DNA of 64,000 nt from Candidatus Falkowbacteria bacterium (GCA_018674305.1 JABHAL010000013.1:8553-72552); one strand, 5' to 3'. Positions 28,955 through 37,719 are shown, counted from the stretch's first letter. The notes: generated by a model not told the origin, from the sequence alone. Made by a program: numbers and translations.

Positions 28955-29734
28955 ATGAGACAACAGAATATACTTTTGTTTATTCTAGTGCAAGTTGTTC
29001 TTATGGCATGTATCAGTAAACCACCACCTTGGCGACCAGATGGCTGGCTTGAAGTGACTAAAGAGGTTTTTCTTGATGTTAATGAAATCAAGGTAGTTGA
29101 TCAGTTCGAAGTAAAGTACGATATGACGGCTCTTGAATTAAAAGAAGTAGAAACGAAAGATTTTATTGCTGTTGGGGATGAATATGATGCTAGTGATCAA
29201 GGTGAGGTAGAGCTTATTGATCTTGTTGCGGAGTTGTTAGATCAAAAAACACAAAAGGATCTGGAGATCTTAGATTATTTTGGTGAGCTAGATCAGTTTG
29301 AAGAGGAAGTCATTGAGTGTCCTCAGGGTTATCAATATGATCCTGAAGCAGGGGAGTGTGTTTCGTTTTGTCCGGCAGATAAGTATTATGAAGATAAGTT
29401 GGGCCAGTGTTTTTTCTATCCTTGCTGTGACTTAAATGCACAATGGTCAGTTAGCGTGATGGATACTGAAACATCTTCGTTTACTGTTTATCAAGTGAAA
29501 TTGAATCAGCAGGTTGCCTATTTGCAAGGAGAATTGACGCTAACGTCTCCATCTGAAATTGCTAACTGTGTGGGGTATTTACAGAAAAAAGAATTCGCAC
29601 TTACTTGTCAAAATGCTCAGTACAGCTTACTTCTAACGTCAGAGACCACTTCAGAAGATGAGGTTTTTGGGTTTTACAGTTATAGCTTTACTGATGGAAC
29701 TTTTCAAAACGGTCCGTTTAATATGTCAAAGTAA
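28955..29734 (+). CDS. secreted/lipoprotein-like Cys-rich protein (paralog of 28086..28835)
   Basis: The start is set at MRQQNILLFILVQVVLMAC (LMAC lipobox-like), preceded by the SD agGGAGGaagaaATG. It has an acidic variable N-terminus. The C-terminal Cys-rich domain is near-identical at the DNA level to 28400-28835. Confidence 0.6.
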   Translation: MRQQNILLFILVQVVLMACISKPPPWRPDGWLEVTKEVFLDVNEIKVVDQFEVKYDMTALELKEVETKDFIAVGDEYDASDQGEVELIDLVAELLDQKTQKDLEILDYFGELDQFEEEVIECPQGYQYDPEAGECVSFCPADKYYEDKLGQCFFYPCCDLNAQWSVSVMDTETSSFTVYQVKLNQQVAYLQGELTLTSPSEIANCVGYLQKKEFALTCQNAQYSLLLTSETTSEDEVFGFYSYSFTDGTFQNGPFNMSK

Positions 29735-29736
29735 AC

Positions 29737-29772
29737 AAAAAAGAGGGTGTGAATGTACATTCCTCTTTTTCG
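29737..29772. terminator. bidirectional rho-independent terminator between convergent genes
   Basis: aaaagagggtgtgaatgtacattcctcttttt is a duplicated version of the terminator at 28839. Confidence 0.5.
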
Positions 29773-29785
29773 TGTGTTAAAAAGT

Positions 29786-30961
29786 TTATCTCCGATTGTT
29801 ATTACAGCGTGGTAGTCCCCAGTTGAACCAAGAACAAGTTTTTTCCTTGGTTGACGTGCAGATACCTTGCTGACACGCCAGTTCCATTTTGGGTTCATAC
29901 CGATTGATATCCACTGAGATTTCAATTAATTCAGCAATTTTTTCAATCGGCATAATCGTTGGAGTCACGTCGGGTGTCGATAGACTGCCATTCAAAATGA
30001 AATGCCCAGATTTGCCAGAGCAATGGAAATACCATCTTCGCATCGGTCCATCGCCTTCCTTCATTAGAGCCTGCCAGTTCGTGACTGTGACAGAGCCAAG
30101 AGCTTTTTGCTCTTCGAGTCGCAGCATCAGAATCAAGCTGTACAATTTCAGGTTGGCCTGTTTCTTGGTGTGAACCATGGTCTGGCCAGTAGATTTCATT
30201 TGCAGAACAATGTCAGCACCTTTGTACCTGCCTGCCTTGGCCATTTCACTGCTGTCAGATTTGATGACCAAAAGCTGTAGCTTTCTGCCTTTACCAGGTC
30301 CTGGGATTTCTCGCATGTCCCCGTTGGATTCCAACTCGGCAACTGCAGCATTGAATTGATCAGATTGCTCTTTTCTTGCAGCGGCGATGTGATCATCCCA
30401 AAGCTTAATGATGTCAGGCCGGTTAGCAAAGTGGCCATGTACAACATTTGACACATTGGCAACCGCGAAGACGTACTTCTTCTTTGGGACACTGAACATT
30501 GACTGGAAAGCAGTAAGTCCCCAGTTAATGTTTCTGATCTGACTGTGTGGCATCACCCGTCGGAGAAGGTTGATGCAAGAGGCCAGTCCGTTTCGAACGT
30601 CAATACCCTCAATATCTGCAGAGTACAGATACTTGAGAATTTCTTTGACGTTTGGCAAATTTGAAACCCCCAATGACTTGGCAACCAGTGTGGCTGCGCA
30701 ATCTTTTTTGTCTCTTGCTTTGCCAGTGCCATTGTCTGGGTGTTCGTCGAATTCGTTTCCCATTGTGCCAACGATAACGACACCACCAGACGTGTGTTCC
30801 GCCACCCACTCGGGAGTAGCATACCTCTCGATGAGAACAGCTGCTGCGATTTCGTCTGCGTGTGGACCAACGTGGGTTAAAAACCACAGAGCCTCTCCTG
30901 CCGCAAAAATAGGGAAACGGACATAGTTACTGTGTTCTTCAAGCCTAGATAGCTGGTTCAA
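29786..30961 (-). CDS. hypothetical protein, compositionally atypical (about 47% GC vs ~35% background)
   Basis: 391 aa. Uninterrupted ORF with a C-terminal Cys-rich tail (CQQGICTSTKEKTCSWFNWGLPRC). GC content is clearly higher than in flanking DNA. It lies adjacent to the tRNA pair. Confidence 0.5.
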   Translation of the reverse strand: MNQLSRLEEHSNYVRFPIFAAGEALWFLTHVGPHADEIAAAVLIERYATPEWVAEHTSGGVVIVGTMGNEFDEHPDNGTGKARDKKDCAATLVAKSLGVSNLPNVKEILKYLYSADIEGIDVRNGLASCINLLRRVMPHSQIRNINWGLTAFQSMFSVPKKKYVFAVANVSNVVHGHFANRPDIIKLWDDHIAAARKEQSDQFNAAVAELESNGDMREIPGPGKGRKLQLLVIKSDSSEMAKAGRYKGADIVLQMKSTGQTMVHTKKQANLKLYSLILMLRLEEQKALGSVTVTNWQALMKEGDGPMRRWYFHCSGKSGHFILNGSLSTPDVTPTIMPIEKIAELIEISVDINRYEPKMELACQQGICTSTKEKTCSWFNWGLPRCNNNRR

Positions 30962-31203
30962 TTTGCACCTCCAATTTTGTTAAATTACAATATAGTAACT
31001 AATCAGTATAACACAGATGAGATATTTTGTCAACACTTATGTAAAATTAGGCAAATATTGCGGTATTTTTATTACTCGACAAAATTGTTAATTTTTGCTA
31101 CTATATACCCAGCTTTACTATAATGTTCGTATAGCTATCGGTAGGGATCGCCACGATCGAAATTGTAAGTATTGAATAAAATATAAATACATCTGGTTCT
31201 TGC

Positions 31204-31279
31204 GCTCGTATAGCTCAGGGGTTAGAGCACCACGCTTATAACGTGGGGGTCGATGGTTCAATCCCATCTACGAGCACCA
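31204..31279 (+). tRNA. tRNA-Ile (anticodon UAU)
   Basis: Manual fold: acceptor gctcgta/tacgagc, D stem gctc/gagc, anticodon stem ccacg/cgtgg with loop cuUAUaa, T arm gatgg-ttcaatc-ccatc, discriminator a and encoded CCA. Confidence 0.75.
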
Positions 31280-31328
31280 GTTGTATTTATATTTTGAGAC
31301 TCGACGCAATTTTATTTACGAGTACTAG

Positions 31329-31405
31329 GGACGCTTAGCTCAGTTGGTTAGAGCGCATCGTTGACGTCGATGAGGTCAGTGGTTCGACTCCACTAGCGTC
31401 CACCA
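31329..31405 (+). tRNA. tRNA-Val (anticodon GAC)
   Basis: Acceptor ggacgct/agcgtcc, D stem gctc/gagc, anticodon stem catcg/cgatg with loop ttGACgt, T arm agtgg-ttcgact-ccact, encoded CCA. Confidence 0.85.
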
Positions 31406-31440
31406 AAAAATCATCAATTTACTTTGGTGTTTTTTTATTA

Positions 31441-31510
31441 CGGTCTATGGTTCGCCCAGCATACGCTGGGCGCCCGGCGTATGCCGGGCGACTCCACTAG
31501 CGTCCACCAT
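31441..31510 (+). repeat. partial copy of tRNA-Val T-arm/acceptor 3' end interrupted by two GC-rich hairpins
   Basis: tggttcg + [cccagc-atac-gctggg][cgcccggc-gtat-gccgggcg] + gactccactagcgtccacca. The last 20 nt are identical to tRNA-Val 31386-31405. A terminator hairpin (gcaccg...cggtgcTTTTT) follows at about 31513-31545. Confidence 0.6.
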
Positions 31511-31591
31511 GAAGCACCGGTATTTAGTTGACGGTGCTTTTTGGTTTAAATGATGTTATAATAGAACCGAATAAAAAATAAAAAGTATATT

Positions 31592-32620
31592 ATGCCGATT
31601 ATTGCTTGGGTTGCAGTTTTAATTTTAAGTTTGTGGGTATTGATTAAATCTGCAGATTATTTCACTGATTATGCGGAACAGTTAGGTAAAATATTACGTT
31701 TACCAAATTTTATTATTGGTGTAGTGATTGTTGCGATAGGAACATCGTTGCCTGAGTTTGCTACTTCTATAATGGGTGTGTATCAAGGGGATGTTGAATT
31801 TTTAAGTGGTAATGTTCTCGGTACAGTAATTGTAAATATTTTATTGGGATTAGGAATTGCAGTTATATTTACAAAACGTAAAACAATTTTTAATTGGGAT
31901 ATAGTTTCTAATGATTTGCCTTTTTTTGCTGCCGCTATTTTCTTAGTTGTAGTTTCTTTGATGGATGGTCATTTCAGTAAGGTTGAAGCTTTATTGTTTT
32001 TGGCTGGGTATATAATTTATATCATATATGCTTACTATATTCAGAAGGAAATAAAGGACACTGCTCAAAAAGAATACAAAAAAGAATTAAGCAAGGAAAT
32101 TAAAAGTGGTTTAGAAGAAATGGAGGAAAAAGACAAAAAAGCAAGTTCAAAGTTTTTTGATAAAATTTTGAAAAAGGAAATTAAAATTGTAGTTATTCTG
32201 TTATTTAGTTTAGGTATTGTAGCTATTGCTTCTCACTTTGTTGTTACATCAGTTCTTAATTTAGCTGTCATATTAGGATTGGGAACTTCTGTTTTGGCAG
32301 CTACAGTAGTAGCGTTGGGAACGTCATTACCGGAAATTTTAGTGGCATTATCAGCTGCGCGAAGAGGTAATTTTGATATGGTGATTGGCGATATTTTAGG
32401 CTCAAATATTTTTGATATTTTTGTTATTTATGGAGTGGCTGGTTTGATAACTCCGCTAACCATAACGCATGAGCTGTTTGTAATTTTGTCTATTTTCCTT
32501 GTGGGTTGTTTTTTCCTTTTGTGGTTGGTTTTAATTGACAAGAAAATCACTAAGTCGGAGGCGTTAATGTTTATAGTTATTTATGTTTTATTTGCAGGTA
32601 AATTATTTAATATTTTTTAG
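31592..32620 (+). CDS. Ca2+/Na+ antiporter, CaCA family (YrbG-like)
   Basis: Two alpha-repeat signature motifs, GTSLPEFATS and GTSLPEILVALSAA. About 10 TM segments with a central hydrophilic loop. Confidence 0.75.
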   Translation: MPIIAWVAVLILSLWVLIKSADYFTDYAEQLGKILRLPNFIIGVVIVAIGTSLPEFATSIMGVYQGDVEFLSGNVLGTVIVNILLGLGIAVIFTKRKTIFNWDIVSNDLPFFAAAIFLVVVSLMDGHFSKVEALLFLAGYIIYIIYAYYIQKEIKDTAQKEYKKELSKEIKSGLEEMEEKDKKASSKFFDKILKKEIKIVVILLFSLGIVAIASHFVVTSVLNLAVILGLGTSVLAATVVALGTSLPEILVALSAARRGNFDMVIGDILGSNIFDIFVIYGVAGLITPLTITHELFVILSIFLVGCFFLLWLVLIDKKITKSEALMFIVIYVLFAGKLFNIF

Positions 32621-32628
32621 TGATAATA

Positions 32629-32663
32629 AAAAAGTGGCCCTGTTATGGGCCACTTTTTGTTTT
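32629..32663. terminator. bidirectional rho-independent terminator between convergent genes
   Basis: agtggccc-tgttat-gggccact is a perfect 8-bp GC-rich stem flanked by an A-run and TTTTGTTTT. Confidence 0.7.
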
Positions 32664-32672
32664 ACAGAAAAT

Positions 32673-33788
32673 TTAATATAAAAATTCTTGAATGTGATTG
32701 ATGATATCCAATGGTTGAGTTGTTAATTCAAAACTGATCAGGTTTTTACTACCCAATGGATTGTATTGATTGAATCTATAGCATAGATCAATTGGTTTTT
32801 CGGCTTTTACTATACAAAACTTTTTACCCTTATCTTCATGGAATAGGGCAGTTATCTCAACAGTTGGAATGCTACTAATTAATTCGTCAATAGCACCTAT
32901 TAAATCTTGCGATCTAGAGTTTGTCTCTTGAAAATCGTCTTGAGTAACTTCAGCCCAGGCGATTTTTTGTTGATCATCAGTTTTTAAATTCATTAATACA
33001 CGACCCCAAAGTTTGAGCGCATTTACAGTTTGTTTTTGATATAAGTTTTGTACAATTGAATCCCTTTGTGCGCCTGCTGCCACTAACTGACTGGCGATAT
33101 TTAAACTTTTTGGGGTTACTGAAGGAATTTTGAAGCTTTTAGTTTTTTCTACCATTCCAGTTAATAAATAAGTAGCAATGGGTTCATCTAGCAGCTTTGA
33201 ATCAACCTGTTCAACAAAGTCGTAGATGATTTCTGAAACAGAAGAGGCTGTTAGATTGATTGCGTTTATATGCCCATAGTGTTCATTGTCTGGAGAGTGA
33301 TCAATGTTGATAATAGGCACTTGGTAAAAAAAATCTGTATTATCAAAGTAGAGCGAACCAAGAGATTCCAGGTCAGGAGTATTTAAGGCAATTATTAAAT
33401 CATATCGGTAATGATTGTCATTGATACGTATATTATTTTTTGAAAAAGTACTTTTTTCTGGATGAACGTGAATATGTAGACGATTATCTTCAATTTGATA
33501 ATCAATTTCTGGATGTTTTTGATTTTCAATTTCCAGGCTGATGATAATTTTTTTTAAATTATTTACTTGTTTTTGAATTGAGGCTGCTTTTGGTAAAAAT
33601 TTATAAGTAGAAGGTAACTCAAATTCAGGAGACACAATTTCTGCGCTTCGGCCCATTTTACTAAGTAATTCAGCTAGAGCTAAGCTTCCAGCAATGACAT
33701 CACCGTTGTGATCCTGACGAAAGGTAATCAATGGATTATTGCTTTTCTGGATCGCTTCATAAAGTTGTTGATGTTGATTTAGCGCCAT
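32673..33788 (-). CDS. DHH-family phosphoesterase-like protein (NrnA-like, motifs partly degenerate)
   Basis: DHNGD resembles DHH motif I and NIDHSPDNEHYG resembles motif III, with DHS in place of DHH. The size and a DHHA1-like C-terminal region fit the family. Confidence 0.4.
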   Translation of the reverse strand: MALNQHQQLYEAIQKSNNPLITFRQDHNGDVIAGSLALAELLSKMGRSAEIVSPEFELPSTYKFLPKAASIQKQVNNLKKIIISLEIENQKHPEIDYQIEDNRLHIHVHPEKSTFSKNNIRINDNHYRYDLIIALNTPDLESLGSLYFDNTDFFYQVPIINIDHSPDNEHYGHINAINLTASSVSEIIYDFVEQVDSKLLDEPIATYLLTGMVEKTKSFKIPSVTPKSLNIASQLVAAGAQRDSIVQNLYQKQTVNALKLWGRVLMNLKTDDQQKIAWAEVTQDDFQETNSRSQDLIGAIDELISSIPTVEITALFHEDKGKKFCIVKAEKPIDLCYRFNQYNPLGSKNLISFELTTQPLDIINHIQEFLY

Positions 33789-34249
33789 AACGGTTCTTGG
33801 GAACTTTTGAAAAATATATTTACTACTGCAATCCTGAAATTCTAGCTACAAATTGTTAAAAGTTCGTCTACTTAATTTGCTTTAAGTTTCCTTGCTTTTT
33901 ACAATTTTCGTTTTAAAATTTCAGAATTTCGTAACGTAAATATATTTTCAAAAGTTCCCTTACAAGCATGGGCGTTAATATCATAAGGTAGTATCTTAAC
34001 GAAATTAAAGGTATCTGTCAATAGATTTATTAACATGTAAAAGGGGTTTTTAGTATGGGAGCGATAGGCAGACCATTATCATGAACTTGTGTCAATTTTC
34101 GTTGATTTTAGGTAATTTTTATGCTAGAATTAAGTTAAGTATAATTTAAAGGTAAAAATATTTACTTTGGTGTTTTTAGAAACCCTTTTAGTTTTTTTTA
34201 ACACTTTTGACACTTATTGCACCTCTAACATCTTCATCAATTTTAATAT

Positions 34250-37200
34250 ATGGACAAAACCTATCAATCAAAAAAATTCGAAGACAAGATTTATAAAAAC
34301 TGGATAAAAAAAGATTTATTCAATCCAGACAAATACACCGGAGAACCATATTCAATAATGATGCCACCACCAAACGTGACCGGTGTTTTGCATTTGGGCC
34401 ATGCTTTGGAAAATTCTTTAATGGACTCAATGGCGCGTTATCAGAGATTGCAAGGCAAAAAAGTTTTACTTTTACCAGGTGTAGATCATGCTGCAGTGGC
34501 AACTCAAGCCAAGGTCGAAAAGATTTTGATTGAACAAGGCATGGAAAATCCTAGGCAAGAACTGGGTAGGGACAAGTTATTAGAAAAAGTTAAAAAATAC
34601 GCGGATGAGTCACGTGACACAATTCTAAAGCAAATTCGAAGGATGGGGACCAGTTGTGATTGGAGTCGTTTTGCTTATACATTTGATAAAGAAAGAAATC
34701 AAGCTGTAAATAAGGTCTTTAAGAAAATGTATGACGACGGCCTGATTTATCGTGGGTACAAAGTAATTAATTGGTCAGTCAAGGGTCAGTCAACTTGTTC
34801 AGATGATGAACTTGAACATAAAGAACGAGAAGCGAAGTTGTATACTTTTAAATATTCAAAAGATTTCCCAATTGAAATCGCGACTACACGACCGGAAACT
34901 AAACTTGGTGATACTGCAGTGGCAGTCAATCCAAAAGATAAACGTTATAAAAAATATATTGGACAAGAGCTTGAAGTTGATTTTTGTGGTAATAAGTTGA
35001 AACTAAAAATAATCTCTGACCCAGAAGTAGATCCAGATTTTGGGACTGGTGCGCTTGGGGTTACGCCGGCTCATAGTCCAGTTGATTTTGAAATGTATGA
35101 AAAGCAAAAAGCACTGAAACAGCCAATTGGTTTAATTCCGGTGATTGGAGCTGACGGAAAAATGACCAAAATGGCTGGCGCAGAGTTTGTGGGATTAAGC
35201 GTAGAAAAAGCTCGGGATAAAGTTGTTAAAAAACTCAAAGCTAACGGTTTATTTATAAAAGAAGAAGATATAATGCAAAACGTGGGAACTTCAGATCGTT
35301 TCGGTGACGTGGTAGAAGCAATTCCAATGACTCAATGGTTTGTTGATGTGAACAAAGAGATCCCAGGTAAGAAAAAAAGTTTAAAACAATTAATGACGCA
35401 GGCCGTTAACAAAGGACATAAAGGAAAAGGTGATCAGAAGATCAATATTGCTCCTCAGCATTTTGAAAAAATATATTTTCAGTGGATTGATAATTTGCGT
35501 GACTGGTGCATTTCTCGGCAGATTTGGTTTGGCCATCGTATCCCTGTTTGGTACAAAGAAGGAAATTCAGTTGTCGGAATTCGCCATGGTGAAGCAGAAA
35601 ATAATGCTCAGGATTATTTAAATGGTGATATTGATAATAATCATTTTGCATTAACAAAAAAGGGTCAAAAACAAGTTGAACAAGCGGCTGAAGAATTAGC
35701 AGATCAAAAATTTGATTTAATTTATACTTCTGATTTTCTACGAACTAAGCAAACTGCAAAAATTTTAGCTGACAAGTTGGGAGTTAAACAGGTGATTGAA
35801 GACCCTCGTTTACGGGAATATGGTATGGGCGAATTTGAAGGTAATGCAGATGGTAGTTTGAGTAGATGCCGTTGTGGTCACTTTGCTGATTGGAAAAATG
35901 CTAATCCTCATGGAGTTGAATCATGGACAAGTGTTTACGGTAGAACTATGGCTGTGTTAGAAGAAATAAAACAAAAACATACTGATAAAAAAGTTTTAAT
36001 TGTCTCTCATGGTGAAATTCTTCGTTATATATCTTCTTATGGCAGAAACTTAGAGCCAGAACAAACCTTTTTACTCCCTTATCCTCAGAACGCTGGAACA
36101 ATCAAGGTGGATTTAAATGAAGAACAAATTAAAGTGAGTGATCAACCAGTCAATGATCCAGGTTGGCATCAAGACCCTGACACTTTGGATACCTGGTTTT
36201 CTTCAGGGTTGTGGACATTCTCAACTTTAGGTTGGCCGGAGAACAATAAGGAAAAAAATAAAGAAAAAAAGAAAATAATAAACGACTTAAAAACTTTTCA
36301 CCCGACCAGCTGGATGCAAATGGGATATGAGCTTTTATTTTTTTGGATGGCTAGAATGATTTTGATGTCCACTTACGTTATGGACGAAATCCCTTTTAAG
36401 AATGTTTACATTCACGGTATGCTCCGTGACGAAAAAGGCCAGAAGTTTTCTAAGTCAGCAGGTAATGGTGTGGATCCAATTGAAGTTATTGATAAATATG
36501 GAGCAGATGCTCTACGTTGGGCACTGTTGATTGGCATTTCCCCTGGTAATGACTCTGCTTTTTACGACGAAAAAGTTGAAAGTGCTCGAAATTTAGTCAA
36601 TAAACTTTGGAATGTGTCGCGTTATATTATAGGAGATATAGGTGATAAAGGAGATAGAGGAGAGAACAAAGAGACCTTAGCTGATGCGTGGATTTTATCA
36701 CGATTTAATCAACTCAAGGAGCGAGTAACAAAATTATTGGATGAATTTAATTTCTCAGCAGCAGGTGAAGAGCTACGAGAGTTTACTTGGAGTGAATTTG
36801 CGGATTGGTACATCGAAATATCAAAAATCAAAGATCAAAATTCTGAATTAAGAAAGAAAATTTTAGTAAAAATTCTCAAAGAGCTCTTGGTTATGTGGCA
36901 CCCGTATGTGCCTTTTGTTACCCAAGCGATATGGCAACAGTTTGATCCCAAAGAAGATATAATGATAACTCAGTGGCCAAAGGTGGATAAAGCTTTAATT
37001 AACAAGCCAAAGGAACAAAAATTTGCTATAATTAAGGAGGTAATTATTAAAATTCGTAATTTACGGTCAGAGTACAAAATAGATCCAGGCAAAAGAATAA
37101 AGGTGTTATTGAAAACTGATAAGCCTTTTGTTGAAGAGAATAAGGATGTTATAATCGTCTTGGCTCGTTTGGAACAACTTGATTTTGTAGACCATAAACC

Positions 37201-37465
37201 GGAGAAAGCAGCCTCAGCCGTTGTCGATGGGGTGGAGGTTTATTTACCGTTAGCAGATATTCTTGATCCTGAAAAGGAAAAACAGCGGTTGGTATCTGAG
37301 AAAAGCAATTTGGAAACTTTTGTTGGTAACCTAGAAAAGAAATTAAGCAACAAACAGTTCATTTCTAATGCTCCAAAACAAGTAGTTGAAATTGAAAAAC
37401 AAAAGTTGAAAACAGCACAGGAAAATTTATCTAAAATACAACAACAAATAATTAACTTGAATTAA
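34250..37465 (+). CDS. valS: valyl-tRNA synthetase with inserted histidine-phosphatase (PGM-family) domain
   Basis: HIGH (PPPNVTGVLHLGHA), KMSKS (KFSKSAGN), the WCISRQIWFGHRIPVWY and DTWFSSGLW motifs, and a C-terminal coiled coil. 1071 aa against ~880 typical. The extra ~180 aa at aa ~443-625 carry RHGE...LTKKGQ...LIYTSDFLRTKQTA...DPRLREYGMG...LIVSHGEIL. Confidence 0.95.
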   Translation: MDKTYQSKKFEDKIYKNWIKKDLFNPDKYTGEPYSIMMPPPNVTGVLHLGHALENSLMDSMARYQRLQGKKVLLLPGVDHAAVATQAKVEKILIEQGMENPRQELGRDKLLEKVKKYADESRDTILKQIRRMGTSCDWSRFAYTFDKERNQAVNKVFKKMYDDGLIYRGYKVINWSVKGQSTCSDDELEHKEREAKLYTFKYSKDFPIEIATTRPETKLGDTAVAVNPKDKRYKKYIGQELEVDFCGNKLKLKIISDPEVDPDFGTGALGVTPAHSPVDFEMYEKQKALKQPIGLIPVIGADGKMTKMAGAEFVGLSVEKARDKVVKKLKANGLFIKEEDIMQNVGTSDRFGDVVEAIPMTQWFVDVNKEIPGKKKSLKQLMTQAVNKGHKGKGDQKINIAPQHFEKIYFQWIDNLRDWCISRQIWFGHRIPVWYKEGNSVVGIRHGEAENNAQDYLNGDIDNNHFALTKKGQKQVEQAAEELADQKFDLIYTSDFLRTKQTAKILADKLGVKQVIEDPRLREYGMGEFEGNADGSLSRCRCGHFADWKNANPHGVESWTSVYGRTMAVLEEIKQKHTDKKVLIVSHGEILRYISSYGRNLEPEQTFLLPYPQNAGTIKVDLNEEQIKVSDQPVNDPGWHQDPDTLDTWFSSGLWTFSTLGWPENNKEKNKEKKKIINDLKTFHPTSWMQMGYELLFFWMARMILMSTYVMDEIPFKNVYIHGMLRDEKGQKFSKSAGNGVDPIEVIDKYGADALRWALLIGISPGNDSAFYDEKVESARNLVNKLWNVSRYIIGDIGDKGDRGENKETLADAWILSRFNQLKERVTKLLDEFNFSAAGEELREFTWSEFADWYIEISKIKDQNSELRKKILVKILKELLVMWHPYVPFVTQAIWQQFDPKEDIMITQWPKVDKALINKPKEQKFAIIKEVIIKIRNLRSEYKIDPGKRIKVLLKTDKPFVEENKDVIIVLARLEQLDFVDHKPEKAASAVVDGVEVYLPLADILDPEKEKQRLVSEKSNLETFVGNLEKKLSNKQFISNAPKQVVEIEKQKLKTAQENLSKIQQQIINLN

Positions 37466-37719
37466 AAATATGGTTGCAACAACAAAAAAAGATGACAAAA
37501 AAGAGGATTTAGACAAAGTTTTAGCTGATTTGAAAAAGAAGAACGATGATCTAAATACAAGGACGTCAAAATCATTGACTAATTTTGTGGTTTGTGCTAT
37601 ATTTAGATGAAAGAACAAGGTCATCTAAAATATAATTTTTATGCCTAAGCAGGCAATCAATTTAAAAGCACCGGAAGGCCTAGGTCACATGGAGCTTAGG
37701 GTTAGTTTTGTGTACGTTC

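Noticed and set aside
31441-31510. A second complete tRNA gene downstream of tRNA-Val
   Set aside because: Only the T-arm and acceptor 3' strand are present, with no D or anticodon arms. It is a partial copy interrupted by hairpins.
33789-34249. T-box riboswitch upstream of valS
   Set aside because: Searched for the T-box consensus (AAnnnGGGTGGnACCGCG) and a specifier-loop architecture. None was found.
35570-36125. Intein in ValRS
   Set aside because: No Cys/Ser at the N-splice junction and no His-Asn plus Cys/Ser/Thr at the C-junction. The inserted sequence instead has histidine-phosphatase motifs.
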